Below, piece after piece: positions 1 to 13,200 of a DNA stretch of 64,000 nt (positions are counted from its first letter, which is position 1; every line of letters starts with the position of its first letter). The notes below the pieces were generated by a model. That model was not told where the DNA came from and made no database searches. It worked only from the letters and a program-made list of their open reading frames with translations. The stretch is from Penicillus capitatus (Eukaryota > Plantae > Chlorophyta): the NCBI GenBank assembly GCA_965649825.1, contig OZ287701.1, forward strand, positions 733,101 to 797,100. The letters run 5' to 3'. Made by a program: the position numbers and the translations under genes.

Positions 1-211
1 CCACTCCAGTGCAACTCCATGTAATAGGTACTGATATCTCGTTGTTTGGCAAAAGCGTTGTTTGGAACGGAAAAAAGAGTCTTGAGGAAAACAAGAACCA
101 ATGCATGAATCCCTCCACTAAAGGACGGTTTGGACGTCGTTCGCTCGCAATCGCGTTTTAGCAATGTGCGCGGTGCGTGACCTTCTTCTGCAACACGCAG
201 GCCAACCGAGA

Positions 212-3200
212 TCAAAACCATAGAGCTGAAGATATCATGGAGATGGATACCTGGTGCGACAAGAAAGCGTAAGAAATCGAGTGGATCTTGTCCAAAAGAT
301 GTTGGGCATGTATCCTGATAGTCCTGAGGCAAATTTTCTGCACACATGTCTGTCCATGAGGCATGGGCAGAAGGAGCATCTTTAACTTACCGAGATTCTG
401 AACACCGCTGTCACGTTGAGCACTGACCACTTTGACCAGCGCCGTGTGATACGTCCACACGCCGCTTCTAAGACATGTTAACTCTTCGTGTTCACACCTA
501 GACGCACAGCATTCAGCTGACGGGGAGGCGTGATGATGATGTGACGGGCCTCTTTTCGAGTTTTTCTGAGAAAAGCACGACACGGGAATACTCTCTGACC
601 AATCTGACCCAAGATTCCCGCTTCAGCAATGATATGACTAGAAACTCTTCTAAAACTATATCTGTGGCCCTTTCCAGCATGTATCTACGCAACAGATCGT
701 CAAAGAGATCATACACTTGTGCCGGTCTCGACCTGAAAAGGCGAAGCAAATTGTGAAACAGACGAAAAACGATTGGTGGCCAGACAGCTGTCTCCCACGC
801 TCCGAAAACGGAGGACTCCATTGGGAGAAACGCATCGAGACATGTATATGCCACCAACTGCGCTTGGGCAAACGAAGGGGAGGAAGCAACGAATTCACCA
901 AGGAGATGTATCACTGCCGTCATCTCTTCCAAGGCACGGATGTCTATTGTCTGGTAATCGAAAATCATCGCCATTCTGTCTTTGGCCCCGGCCAGCAATG
1001 CCAAGTAGCTTTTCGTGTTCTGGTGCTCAGGCACAAATCGACGCACATTGTTCATACCCACAACGGATGGCAAGGCCGTTTCGTTGAGTGGATGGCATGC
1101 GAATTCGTGCATCACTGCTAAAGCCAGATGCATACCCCTTTCGGTGGGAGCCCATCGAATGGATGGCTGTTCTCCCGGAAAGATCTGCCAACTTGGAGCC
1201 AGTAGCTCAGATACGACCAGAGTGGATGGATGTGTGAGCTCTTCTTCATCTTCCTCGGCTCCATCTCTCTCTTCCAGACTCTCATTGAGGAGCATGAAAT
1301 CTCTGGTATTGCTGCATTCTTCGCAGATTTCCGTTTCCAGGTTCAACCGGGAGAACGCACACATGATTTCAAGAATAGTGCATTTGATCGCGAGGGCAAG
1401 GGGCATATCCGAATTCTCCATGGCCTCAGCATCGGCCGGGACATTCCAGGCATGAAGGGTACTCTCTGTTACTGTCCCACCAAAGGACAGATAGTCACGA
1501 TGTGGACTGTTCTGTCCAGTCATCAAAGAACTGGAATGTCCTGCAGCAATGCTTTGTCCATATTGGGCTGCTTCATTTGGCTCAAGATCATCATCAAACA
1601 CGATCGAACGTCCGTCAGGTAAACTAATAGAAGTGTGTGTGGTTGTTGAGTTCGTCGAACGGGCGCCGTCGTGATACGTCAACCAATAGAAAGTCAATCT
1701 TCTCGCACAAAATCAGGTGACGTGACTGGCATTCGGAAGATCTGATCGCATACTTGGGGACGTCTTGACGCTGCTCGTGTTCTTGTAGATCTGCCATGGC
1801 CAGATGCGAAGAGGCATGGTGCTGTTTGGTTTGCGATCCAACGATGTCCAGCGATAGCTTTGAGAGGGTAGTCCCTTCTGTTTCCGTCTGCACCACATGA
1901 TACGTGGAGCTTGGTTGCGGAGCAGTCATTGTTCGATTGGTATCGGAAACGGGAGAGGGACATGGCTTTGAGAATGAACTCGAGTCTGACTCGGCTAGAT
2001 CAGCACAACAGCAATCTCAGCAACAATACCTATCAGCGGGGTGTGCGATGCCATACCGATGGATGGATAGGTAAAGCATTGCATTTTATTGACTTCCATG
2101 TGTGCTTCGGGGAAACTGTTGTTACTATCACTGCTGTCGCTCGTCGAAGACCGGGCAATCATCTGTGTCATCAACTCGTACTGTTCCTGGAGCGTACTGA
2201 GTACATCATGCTGCATGACTGCCTACAATCACAACACCGATTGCAGATCGGCAGGGCGCAGAGAATGGGTGGAGACTTTTTTAACAGCCACATTGTCCAA
2301 TGTGGACGCAAGCAGTTTGTAAACGCCTAGAGACTCAGATCCGTCCGTCCGGATGACGGTTGCAATCGATTCGACAAAGGCAACAGCTGCAGTCTCACAG
2401 TTACCTGAGAAACGAGATCCCATCATCATTGCTCACGCATCACATTTCTTACTGATAAAGGAAAGCGTGGCTTTCTCGATGGCAAAGAACAGCGAGACTT
2501 CATCGCATATAGAAATACGGGCAGATTCCCTTACCAATGATCGCACCGACTCCACAACCCACTGGGTCGTGTTCATCGCGCTAAGCAACAGATATGAGCA
2601 GCTAAGTATGCGCACATAGGAGGAGGGATTTCGTGGACCTTTCAACTTTTTGTCGGCTGATCTCATTATGGAGGTTCTGGACAGTATCGTCCAAAAAGTG
2701 TCCAACTGTCCGACGTGGTCCCGTGTCATCTGTTTCCCAATGCTGATCTACTCGAGCTGTTTCTAATCTTGGTTGAGATTTCGAAGTGTCTCTCGTCCAT
2801 TCGATGCCATACTGACCCCGACGAACGAGAGGCCAATTCGAACAACGTCTAAATTCCGTCAGCGCTTCTTGCAGGGATGTCACTGGCTGATTCTTCTCTG
2901 CTGAGGATGTCGAGAGTGGAGGTCGTTGTCGCGGTGACCACAATTCCAATGTCGTCGGTCGAATACGAAGCAAAACATGCTCTGGCCTCGATGAACCATC
3001 ATGCTCCTTGAACAATACGAAGCCCTCCGAATTTTGGAAAATTGCCAAGGCACAATTCTCTAGTTTCTGTTTAATTAAATCTGCCCCGCAATATCCAATT
3101 CTCACACAAAAGCAAAAGAGTGACCATAGAACGCACCGGGTGTTCTAGCAAATGCTTGATGCTGTTGGACATCATGGAGCAGTTTCTCGACTTTGGCCAG

Positions 3201-3452
3201 GAAACTCTGTTCTATCTCCTGCAGAGTACGAAAATCTCTTTGCGATACATGTATTCGACAATCGATCGAGTCCTGACACGTGCGCTCAGCAAAGAAGGCA
3301 CTTATCACTTGAGCATGTGTCATACTTTGGTCGAAAGCCGTCGATCCTGCGTAGGGACGAGTTTCAGAATCCGTATCTCGAGTGGAGTTGTGTGCAGTTG
3401 AGACTGGAATCTGGCAAAGCAGTAGCACTGAGGTCGGCGTTGCCCTTGCCAA
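212..3452 (-). CDS. Hypothetical multi-exon, largely alpha-helical protein; ends uncertain, may be more than one gene
   Basis: Chain of minus-strand ORFs (3102-3452, 2602-3105, 2433-2729, 2229-2429, 1995-2216, 513-1697) separated by short gaps; the 394-aa ORF has protein-like composition; no family motif recognised. Confidence 0.45.
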
Positions 3453-4147
3453 ACAATGGCATTACCTGAAGGTAAATTTCAGCTGTCCCCTACCGAGCTG
3501 CACCGTACGCTCCTCAATCCACACTCGGCAAAAACACGCCGACGACGACTACACATACACACAGCCAGAATCAATCAATATCCAATCATCGACTCCCACT
3601 GCCTTGGACACGACACATGTCCAAGGCAGATGCATCCATCGCTGCGCTAGACAGTTCATCGTGGCTAGACATCGATGCGGGCGAGAGAAGAGGCATCGAG
3701 ACGCAGCATCGATAGATAGGGTATCCGAACCCTGATGTGCGTCATGGAGAACAGGGCGACGTTGATTCGTGCGGGTATCGTTGCTGGTCAAGGCGTCATG
3801 TTATGGCTTGCGCGGTTACCTGAAGCTGCTCTTCGTTGGCCGCGATCCGGATTCGAATGGCACCTTCGCGTGACTTAGAACTGCTCTTGCGCGGTATGCA
3901 TCCACATGGCGGTTTCTTTACGCAGACTTCACCAAACCCCATTGTTAAAGAATCTTCCAGTCACAAAAAAACAATTGCCCACGGTAAACGCTGTCGTAAA
4001 GCAGTCGAACACGCGTTCACAGAAGGAACGGTTAGAGAAATGTGTACTGACCGACGTATCAAAGTAGGAAGCAAAGTTCGACCGATTGAAGTATCAACAA
4101 CGGGCAAGACTGAAATTCGACTTGAGTGGACCGTCAAGAGTTGAGAA

Positions 4148-4183
4148 TCAGACGATTCCAGACGATTTCAGACGATTTCAGAC
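4148..4183. repeat. Short 10-bp tandem repeat (TCAGACGATT-like, ~3.5 copies)
   Basis: gacgattcca gacgatttca gacgatttca gac visible at 4151-4183, upstream of the stomatin gene. Confidence 0.7.
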
Positions 4184-4417
4184 AACAACCAACTCTCGGT
4201 AACCGCCATCACTGCGCCACCCTGTCCGTGCATCAGACATCTGGTTCGCTGCTTTTGAGCTGAGGACCTCAGAACACCTCTGTCAGTCACCTGAAGAGGC
4301 CTCCATGTCGCCTAGGATTGCCTAGGAAGACCGCTAAAACGAGGCAATCGTCTTCAAGATATGCCATTTATGTGAGAATGTCATAAATGACGGGCATCTA
4401 ACGACAACGACGCGCCA

Positions 4418-5988
4418 ATGCATCGAAGACTGGTGCTTGAAGCGATCCGCCTTGTACCGACCGTTCGTGTCGTGCACTGCCCCAATATCTCGATCCTTTC
4501 GACACCGACTGCCTCCTCGGTGCTCGATCGATGGCAGACGTTCGCTGCGGATCTCACCTGGCGGCCCTACTCGACTCGAGTGACTCCCGACGAATTTATC
4601 CCCCTTCGTCCTCCACCCAACTTCGGAATCCGGTTCCTCCCGCGTGCGGTTCCGCCATCGAGATCGAAGAGAGCCAGCGATCTAGGGTTGTCCCGGAGAA
4701 GAAGGCTTTTGTCGTGGAGCGTTTCGGGAAATACTTGAGAGTCTTGGACTCGGGTTTGCATTTCTTGATCCCTCTGGTGCCGTCTCTTCACATGTCTCTT
4801 GTCTCTCTCATAGCCTTTCCATCTAGGTGGACCGAATCGCCTATGTTCACAGTCTGAAAGAGACGGCTATTCCGATCAATCACCAGAATGCCATTACCAA
4901 AGACAACGTGTCTATTGTTATCGATGGCGTCCTCTATGTCAAAGTCAGGCGACTCCTGATGGATGAGGGGCAACGCAAATGCGTCTGTAGATTGTGGATC
5001 CTCGAGCGGCGTCGTATGGAGTGGAGAATCCTCTCTATGCCATCACACAATTGGCCCAGACGACGATGCGGAGTCAGTTGGGGAAGATGTCGCTCGATCG
5101 AACGTTCGAAGAGAGAGATGCACTCAACGCCGCCATTGTCAAGTACTGGACCTCCGTCTGTAAAGATGTACATCGGATGATGGTGTTTAGAGATATCAAT
5201 GCAGCCGCACAGGCGTGGGGTCTTCAATGTCTGCGATATGAGATTCGAGATATCGAACCGCCAGAGATGGTTGCACGGGCAATGGAACTTCAAGTTGGAT
5301 GGAGTTTGTGAGTGGGAGAGAAAGGAATGCGTGTGTCTGATTGTCCGCAGGCAGAGGCCGAGCGCAAAAAGAGGGCACAGGTTTTGGAATCGGAAGGATC
5401 GAGAGATTCTCTGATCAACGTTGCCGAGGCGAAGAAACAAAATGTGATCTTGGCATCGGAAGGTGCCAAACAGGATCAAATTAACAGAGCCATCGGTAAA
5501 AATGTCACTCTTCTCACTCTTTAGAGATGGGATAGGCATGCAGGTGAAGCCGAGGCAATTTTGGCCAAAGCGAAGGCGACGGCGAAAGGACTCGAGCAGA
5601 TCTCGGAACAGATCCGATTGAATGGAGGGATGGATGCCGCCGCTCTCAGAGTGGCCGAACAGTACATGGAGGTGCCATCTTATCATCGTTTACAATAGAG
5701 TGAGCAAAAGTGTGATGACAGGCTTTTGCAAATATTGCCAAACAGAGCACGACAATGCTGTTGCCAGCCAACACGGGCGATCCAGCATCAATGGTGGCCC
5801 AGGCCATCGCCATTTTTCGACAGGCATCCAATACTTCCATTCCAATGCGACAAGACCCGCCATCAGCAACGCCAAAAACGGAAGGATCAGAGGAGAGAAT
5901 CGAGAGCGAGGAGAGTCTTCAAGAACAGGAAAAGACAGAGACTGTGCAGCAAACGGACACTAGATTTTCATTACAGAAAAAGAAATAG
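4418..5988 (+). CDS. SLP2: Stomatin-like protein 2 (SPFH/band-7 family, probably mitochondrial), multi-exon
   Basis: Spliced motifs [91 protein letters not shown]; GT-AG introns of 53, 50 and 47 nt checked at 4633-4685, 4777-4826, 4944-4990. Confidence 0.93.
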
Positions 5989-6060
5989 TTGACATGGACA
6001 GGCAGACAGACAGCTTTCGATGTCAGCGCCGACCGTTCGAACTGATGAGCCTAAGCCAAA

Positions 6061-7122
6061 TCAGGCTTCGTGCTTCGTTTGCGAATTTTCGAACAGCGGT
6101 GGCGTTTTTGCAAACAAGTCGTCATCGTCGATGTCGATCGATCCCTGCGTTTCGCCTCTAGTCCTTTGAACTAACGTGCTGTTTGTGCAATGAAAGATAG
6201 ACGTAGCGACATGATCGTTTTCTGTCAGCGCGTCGAGTGCAACGAGGGTGTCGACGATGCAGAGGAGTCTCGGACGTCGCGCCAACATAGCAGTCGATGC
6301 TTTTCATCCAGTATATTTATAGGTGCTGGGCTTGTTGGCACTTTCAGAATTTCTGACATCGATCAGGGGCGTCGTCATCGCGAGAGTACTCAAAAAAGGT
6401 GTCTGATTCATCGCGATATCGGTGTTGGTATCAAAACGGCGTCAGACGCCATACATAAGAGAAACGTCATATCGGACAACAACTGTTGGACGGTTGAAAT
6501 GTCGTAAAAATACCGTGCGTGTAACGTCGAGGTCCACCGACGGTCCGAAACGAAACCCTAAGATCATCAAACGGAGCAAATGCTGATGAGAAAACTGAGG
6601 TGGCACACGGTCCTGTCTTTACAGTTCATGTCATCACTCCAAAAAAGTGCGACAGTAGATAGCATGAGAGAGCGCATGCCATATCTGCTAGAAGCACTCT
6701 AGAGACGGACAGAGAGCTGACAAGACGTCCTATGACTCTCTGTCTCGGGTACATGGCTGTGACTGCCAATAACTGCTGCTTCGAATTCAGGTGGGAAACG
6801 GCTCAAATCGACGAGGCGATCGGAAGGATCAGGTATGGAAAAGAACAAGAACTTCTGAGTGAAGTACTAGGCCTCTGCACTTCTGTCTAGCGATGGAGGG
6901 TATCGCGTGTGACATCACTCCAATGTCCAACTCGATGCACACATACACTGATCGAGTCCCCAGCGAAGCATTCCTACTGTGAATGCCGAGAAAAGAGATG
7001 ATCGTTCTGCGTTCGTTAGTTACGTCACGAGACGTGTCGTGGAGCATCTGCCTATAGGATTGCCGCTCATATGGATCCGAAACTGGAATACACAGATCCT
7101 CAATGAGAATACACGCATTCAT
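6061..7122 (-). CDS. Hypothetical multi-exon protein
   Basis: ATG at 7122 about 110 bp after the RdRP-gene stop; exon-like segments (MNACILIEDLCIPVSDPYERQ..., GFVSDRRWTSTLHARYFYDISTVQQLL, terminal ORF 6061-6288); full splice path not resolved. Confidence 0.35.
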
Positions 7123-7233
7123 GGGCCTTCTTAATGGAAGTCAAATCGCCCATGTCATGTCATAGATACAATAGAACCAACGAGTGCATGTCTGGTCTGT
7201 GGAATACTGGACCCCTCTTAGAGATGCGTTGCG

Positions 7234-10200
7234 CTACTGTGTTAGGCATTTGAGATTGTCTGAAAACAGAAATGCCTCTTTCCATAGAGCTTCCATTGCG
7301 TTCTCCACATTAGCACTGTCCAGGAATGGCTCGACGGCAGGAACAATGCGGACTTCAGTGATGTCACGTGGTTTGGCATATTGACCTTGCGCCAGACGGC
7401 ACGTATACTGTTCGGCCTTTCGAACGACCAGAGTATAGGGAACGCCAAATCCCATTTTGCGCTTTGTGTATTTGAATATAGTATACTCTTCCATATAATC
7501 GACGTCTAACTGACTGCTCTTTACATAGAGCTTCTTCTTATCGTCTCTGCCGATGGCATCGACAAAATCCGCTGCCAGTGCATGATCCTCGAGTTCTGTG
7601 ATCTCGCTCATCTGCCATTCAGAGAATCAAAAGAGTTCTGCCAGTACAGTGCAATGGTACCTACCTGCGTTTTGAGCATGAATCGGATGTCCGTTTCGCG
7701 TCCCTCCACTTCATCTTTATGACAGATACATTGCCGTTTGACATCGCTGACGATCCAGCGAAGCGGTGCCGTTTCGACACCGATAAAATTCAGCTTGGCA
7801 TCGTACCGTGCCGTCACGACACCCGTCCCTGTCTGCGCTACTACCTTGACGCCAATTTGATCTGCCTGTCGCGGCTTTGCATCGCCATCTGGTGAAGCCT
7901 CCTTCATTTTCTGTGCCAAAAAGGCGCGTTCTTTACCATCGAAGAAGACAGAAGAGACAAAGGAAGTCGAAATGAATCCTTCACCGCCGTGTTCTCTTCT
8001 AGGTGCACGTCGATGGTATGCTGAATCGAACATCGGATCCACAGATCGTGTTTTTCTGCGTTCCAGAGCCTTTAGCAATTCTTCCGTCGTCAAATGCGTG
8101 GCATCTTCGACGAAAGACTGAGGAGGACTGATGACATAGCTTCGGCCAAACTTGACCTGAATCTCGCATGGACCAGTGATGTCCACTGAATAGTGTCTTT
8201 GGAAGTGAGCCAGTTGACGTCTGAAGTGCTGCCTGAATTGATCATAGCATTCTGTATTGATATGATCCACAGGTGAAGCGGCAGGAAGGTCATGCAGACG
8301 AATCACAAAGAGCTTCTTATAGTCATGCTGCGGATACCTATAGCCTAAGTAAGGCTCCAGGCGAATCGAGGCTTGGTTTCCGGCGGCGGCTTCAATCATG
8401 AGATTGTGAGCACCTGTCACATCTTTTGCGCCCCTGGATACAGCAAACACCGACATCGAACCATGGATCCACCTTTGCCTTACCGAGTGCGCAGTGTCCG
8501 TCCAGTTTTCTGGCGTTCGGCTGCTCGCATGTGAAGACTCTCAATCTGTTTTGCCAACAGATAGAGTTCTGCCTCTGTTCCTGTTCCTTTGACGATCTTT
8601 CCTGGTTGCGAAGCTCTTTCTTGAGATTGAATGTCAACGAATGCTCTAGATCTCCGATGCAGCGTTCTGGCGAGTTCGTCCTCGTTTCCGATCACTTCAC
8701 ACGCTGCCTCGCGCTTGATAAAGAAAACTTTCTCGATGGTGATTTTTGTGAGTAAGACTGAGGCACTGATATGGAGCGACAGGTGCAAAGAGGCTTTGTC
8801 CATTTCGGCTATGAGCAGATCTAGCATTTCCTTTCGTGCTCCATCATTCCATCTTTCCATCTCCAGTGCCTGAAACAGGAAAACGCCATAGGAATGGAGC
8901 AAATGTCGTGATCGTGATGTGACAGACCGTTGCGAGTTCTGGATGGAGGCTCGATTGGATCAGATGCTTGCCTTGCTTCATGAAGGTGCACAGAAGACGA
9001 CCCACTCGACCAGATTTTCCTCCTTCCCAGCGTTCCTCACTGACGTCATCGTTTGGATCAGCCATCAGATTCTGATACAAGCTGTTCCATTCGCTTTGAG
9101 CACCAAAGCAATCGTTATAGAGCGGATTATCATAGAACTTCTCGACCGCCTCAGAGAACTGTCTCGCTGGGATTGGTCTTATTTTTTCCTCCTTCAGACA
9201 ATGATCGATGAACATTAGCGGCACCAGGTAATCTGGCAGGAAAAAGACGCGACCGCCCACCAATCCTGTCGTGTATATCCAAGTGCACAAGACTCGGAAG
9301 ACGGGGAAGAGCCATTGGTTCTTGAAGAAGTACTTCTTGATCACAATCCATTTAACAACTTCAGCCGGATCAGCAGAGAGTCGAGCCCATGTCCTGGGAA
9401 GCTTTCGGTTTAATCGGACTCTGAGATGACACTGTTTGTCATTCAAGCTCTGTTTTGCAAATAGAGAAGAGCATTCGGATTGCACTCTTTCCAACCGCAT
9501 CAATTGTTCTTCCTTGCTCAGGGATGTATTCCTTGAAAAATGCACCTGACCTCTCTTCTTCATTGCCACCAGAACACGCACTTCTCCTCTTGGCTCATCA
9601 AACAGCAGGAGTTGACTGGCACCGAAGAGCACACACGCGGCGACGCGATCACAGGCATCTCCCAGGACACGTGCCAGAGTCGTGTGATCTTTGTAAGTCT
9701 CGTACAATGTCCTACACAGCAGAGTCTTGCCGTCAGGGGAGGAAGGTTAAGGGCGCACTCAATCGTTCCGTCAAAGATTTCTTTGACACTGGCCGAGATC
9801 TCGGAGTAAATCGAGTGCGGAGATTTCGCCACAGAAGCTGCATTGCTGTAGATCTCGGCCAAAAGGTCATTCAGCATCCATGGAAAGCTCAAGAAATAGA
9901 GCATCTCTTTACCTGATACCATACATCTAACACATTTCGAGAAAGGATGTGTGTCTTACCCACAGAATACTGATCGCCATAATGAGGAGAGTAGGCAGCA
10001 TAGTACCAAGCAGACGCTTTCTTTCTCTCTTCTTCTCTGCCGTGATCCACATCCAGTTGTCGGTCGTTGTGAAAGATCGCCTTGTATTTCTTCACGATCT
10101 CCTTCAGCATGAACTTTACGTTCTTCTTGACGTCATCCATTTCGCTTTCGAGCCTGGGATGAACTGAGGCGATGGCTCCAGACCACACCTCTGCCTCTGT

Positions 10201-13200
10201 CTCAATTCCGTACATTCGCATGACGGACAGGATTTCTTGATTGTATTGTTTGAAGAGAATGCAAGCATCGTCTATGTAGTTTTCATATCCCTCGACCCTG
10301 AATGCCTTGTCTGGATGTGGCCGAGTGCTTCGCTCACTTGCTGCAGGATTGACGGTGTCTGTCGCATACTTGTTGCATTCCCTGAACATCGTCCCCAGAA
10401 CACGTATGGACGGATAACTTGGCTTGTCCGTTTTCATCATAAAATCCGGATACTGCTTGAGTTCAGATCTGATATCTGCCGGCAGATGTACCCAGTCTCC
10501 AGACTTAGGCGCATCCACTGCCTGTGCATGAATCTTGGCCAGTTGCAAACAGATATCGCTCTCCAATCCTTGCTGATCTGCCAGTGCCTTGTGTGTATTG
10601 TCAATCGTACCCAATGTGTCATTGGCAATGAACTCGCATATGTAGTCCGCCATTTGACTGAGTCGGACCTCCTCCTCGTTGTTCTTCTTGGCTCTCTCTT
10701 CGTATTCCATGGGCGCTTTGATCGGAATGCTGGGCAACAGGCGTGGATCCCAGATACAGTGATACTGATCTCCATCCAAATCAGAACCGGAGAGTTCGTT
10801 GGGATGCGGTCGCGGTCCCTTCTGGGGAAAGACGACACAGTCGACGAGATGGCGCAGCTGCGGGACATCCCTTCCTTTAAAAGTACGAACGTCCCCTGGA
10901 TGAATGCATGGATTCTTCATGATGACGATCTTGGAGGTAATCACACGGGTGTCTACCCCTGGGCGATGCAGCTGCTTCGATATCTGGATAAAAACCTGAC
11001 CGTACTCTAGCACACCTTCCTCGTCCATCACTCCAATCAACACGCGTCCCTTATCGTCATCAAGGCGGACTCTGGAACGTTCTCTCAGGTCTTTCATTTG
11101 CAGCCTTTGGCAGACGAGGCAACATCAGTCATAAGAGAAGGGATCGTGCAAGAGAGTGTACCGATAGCTTGCGATCATGATGCTGCGGAAGAACGCATCG
11201 GAAGTGAACTGGAATCGCACTCTTTGCAGATGATTGATGTCTTTGGATACAGTTCCCTGAAGAGCTTTGACTGCGGCTTCCTCCTCCACAAACATCTCAT
11301 TCATCTCTGCGATCTTATTCTTCAACAGAGCCTCAAAAACATCGTCTCTCACTCCCACATTGTTCAGCAACATGATAATCTGTATGGCGAAGACGAAGCT
11401 GTCGAGAAGGTGCAATGAAGAGGAATAACAGACCTGTTGGTTGAGATGCAAAGGGAGGGGACGTGTATACTCAAGCACTTCGATGTTTTTGCTCTCGGAT
11501 GGATACTTTGACATGCTGTCCCGTATTACTGGCTCATCGAGTTGATATCTATGTTTCCTGAAGAATTCATCTGGCCAGACAGACACCACGCCCTTGCATC
11601 CTCCGATTCTGATCTGAAATGCAGAAGGGATTGTTGACTGGTCCAGTGCATGCCGCTCCTTCACCTAATATATGAGACGTCACGTGCAGAAGACATGGTG
11701 AAGAGTCGCTTGCTTTCTTAGCCAAAGAGACCGAGATGAACCCAACACCATCGGAGAAACAATAACAACCCGATTCCACATCTGTCTCTTGGTAACACCG
11801 GCTCACAGAGATCGTCCGTGTCGATGTTGAAAATGCCAGTCCCAGTCTTGACATATAACGCGGCACATGTCGAATACCTAAAGATCACACACGACTTTGA
11901 AACGGCGCCCGAAGCCGTAACGCACCAGAAAGGTCTCCAATTGCATTCCGAATTCTCTCTGCAATCTTGTTGTCGTCGTCTTCTCGGATGAAGTAGCAAG
12001 AATGTGCACGTATCTGACTGTTCGATGCGGCCAAGTAGACATATCGATCCGGACCGATTTCTATTCCGTTTATCAAGATATCATGCACTCGATTCGTGAT
12101 GAGGGACAGATCTCCATGAAGACTTGTCAAATTCTCACAGTTTTCATCGCGAATGGCCACGCGAATGAAGATATCGGGAGTGTGCTGCCGCACAATGCGA
12201 TTCGTCTAAGGCACCATTCCATGCCTCACCAACACGAGCGTAAGAGATCGTACTTGGACTAGATCTGGTTCATAGAAGCGAAGTGACGTCGGTGTGATGA
12301 TGACTCGCTTCATGTAAGCATGATTCCAGCTCGGCGGGCTGAACTCTGGAGTAAAGTTTGCTGACTCCCGCTCTCGTATCATGAACCGGACGGGGTCGCA
12401 GAAGAGCTGTTTGGACGTCACCTTTGTCAGCTCGTATATCGCTCTGACGGCTTCATGAGCTTCCATAGAGTTGAGAATCTGATGGAATCGATTGTTGATG
12501 CGTTCGGCAACGAATCCAGGCGTGCTCATGAGACAACGCATTGCGTAGTTCACTTCGGGATCCTGTCTGTGGACACAAGAGCGTGTGAAATTCAGCCATG
12601 CTTCGTCTTCACGAAACGGCCTTGTGTTGCATACTGTCTCCACAGATGTAAAGTGCACGGTCACTCCTGACGATTCCAGCAGCTTCAACACTTCGCGCAC
12701 TCGATGGTCAATGAGATTATGCTGAGTAGATGATCGTGGGTTCGGTATCTCCAGCTTGTAGGTGAGGCAGTTGGAAAAGATATGACGGCTTTCTGAATGA
12801 ATGTATTCATTGACGCGTCGTGCACTTTCCCTGACGTCGCCATCAGACAGCGAGATTTCGCTCAGACGTGGAGTCTGTGCAAAAGTGAGATAGAGAATGA
12901 GAATGGCATCCTCTGTGTTGTCACTCTCTTGAAAATCCACCAAGGCAAATTCCCTCAGGTCTGCGAAGGATGCCTCTATCTGCAACTTATCGTTTACGAT
13001 GATGACAATCCTGTTAGATCCACGTTCTAACCGTAGACTGCTTGCATTTCCCAATCGCATCTGCTGCGTATACAGCCGTTGCCATTTGAGTGACCCCAGG
13101 GATGTCTGATGTAAGCTCAGTCTCAGTGTTGTTGCTCTGGGGAAGTAACTGGGCCGATTCAATACCGTTGTCCAGATGTCGAACTCATCGGACTGAAAGA

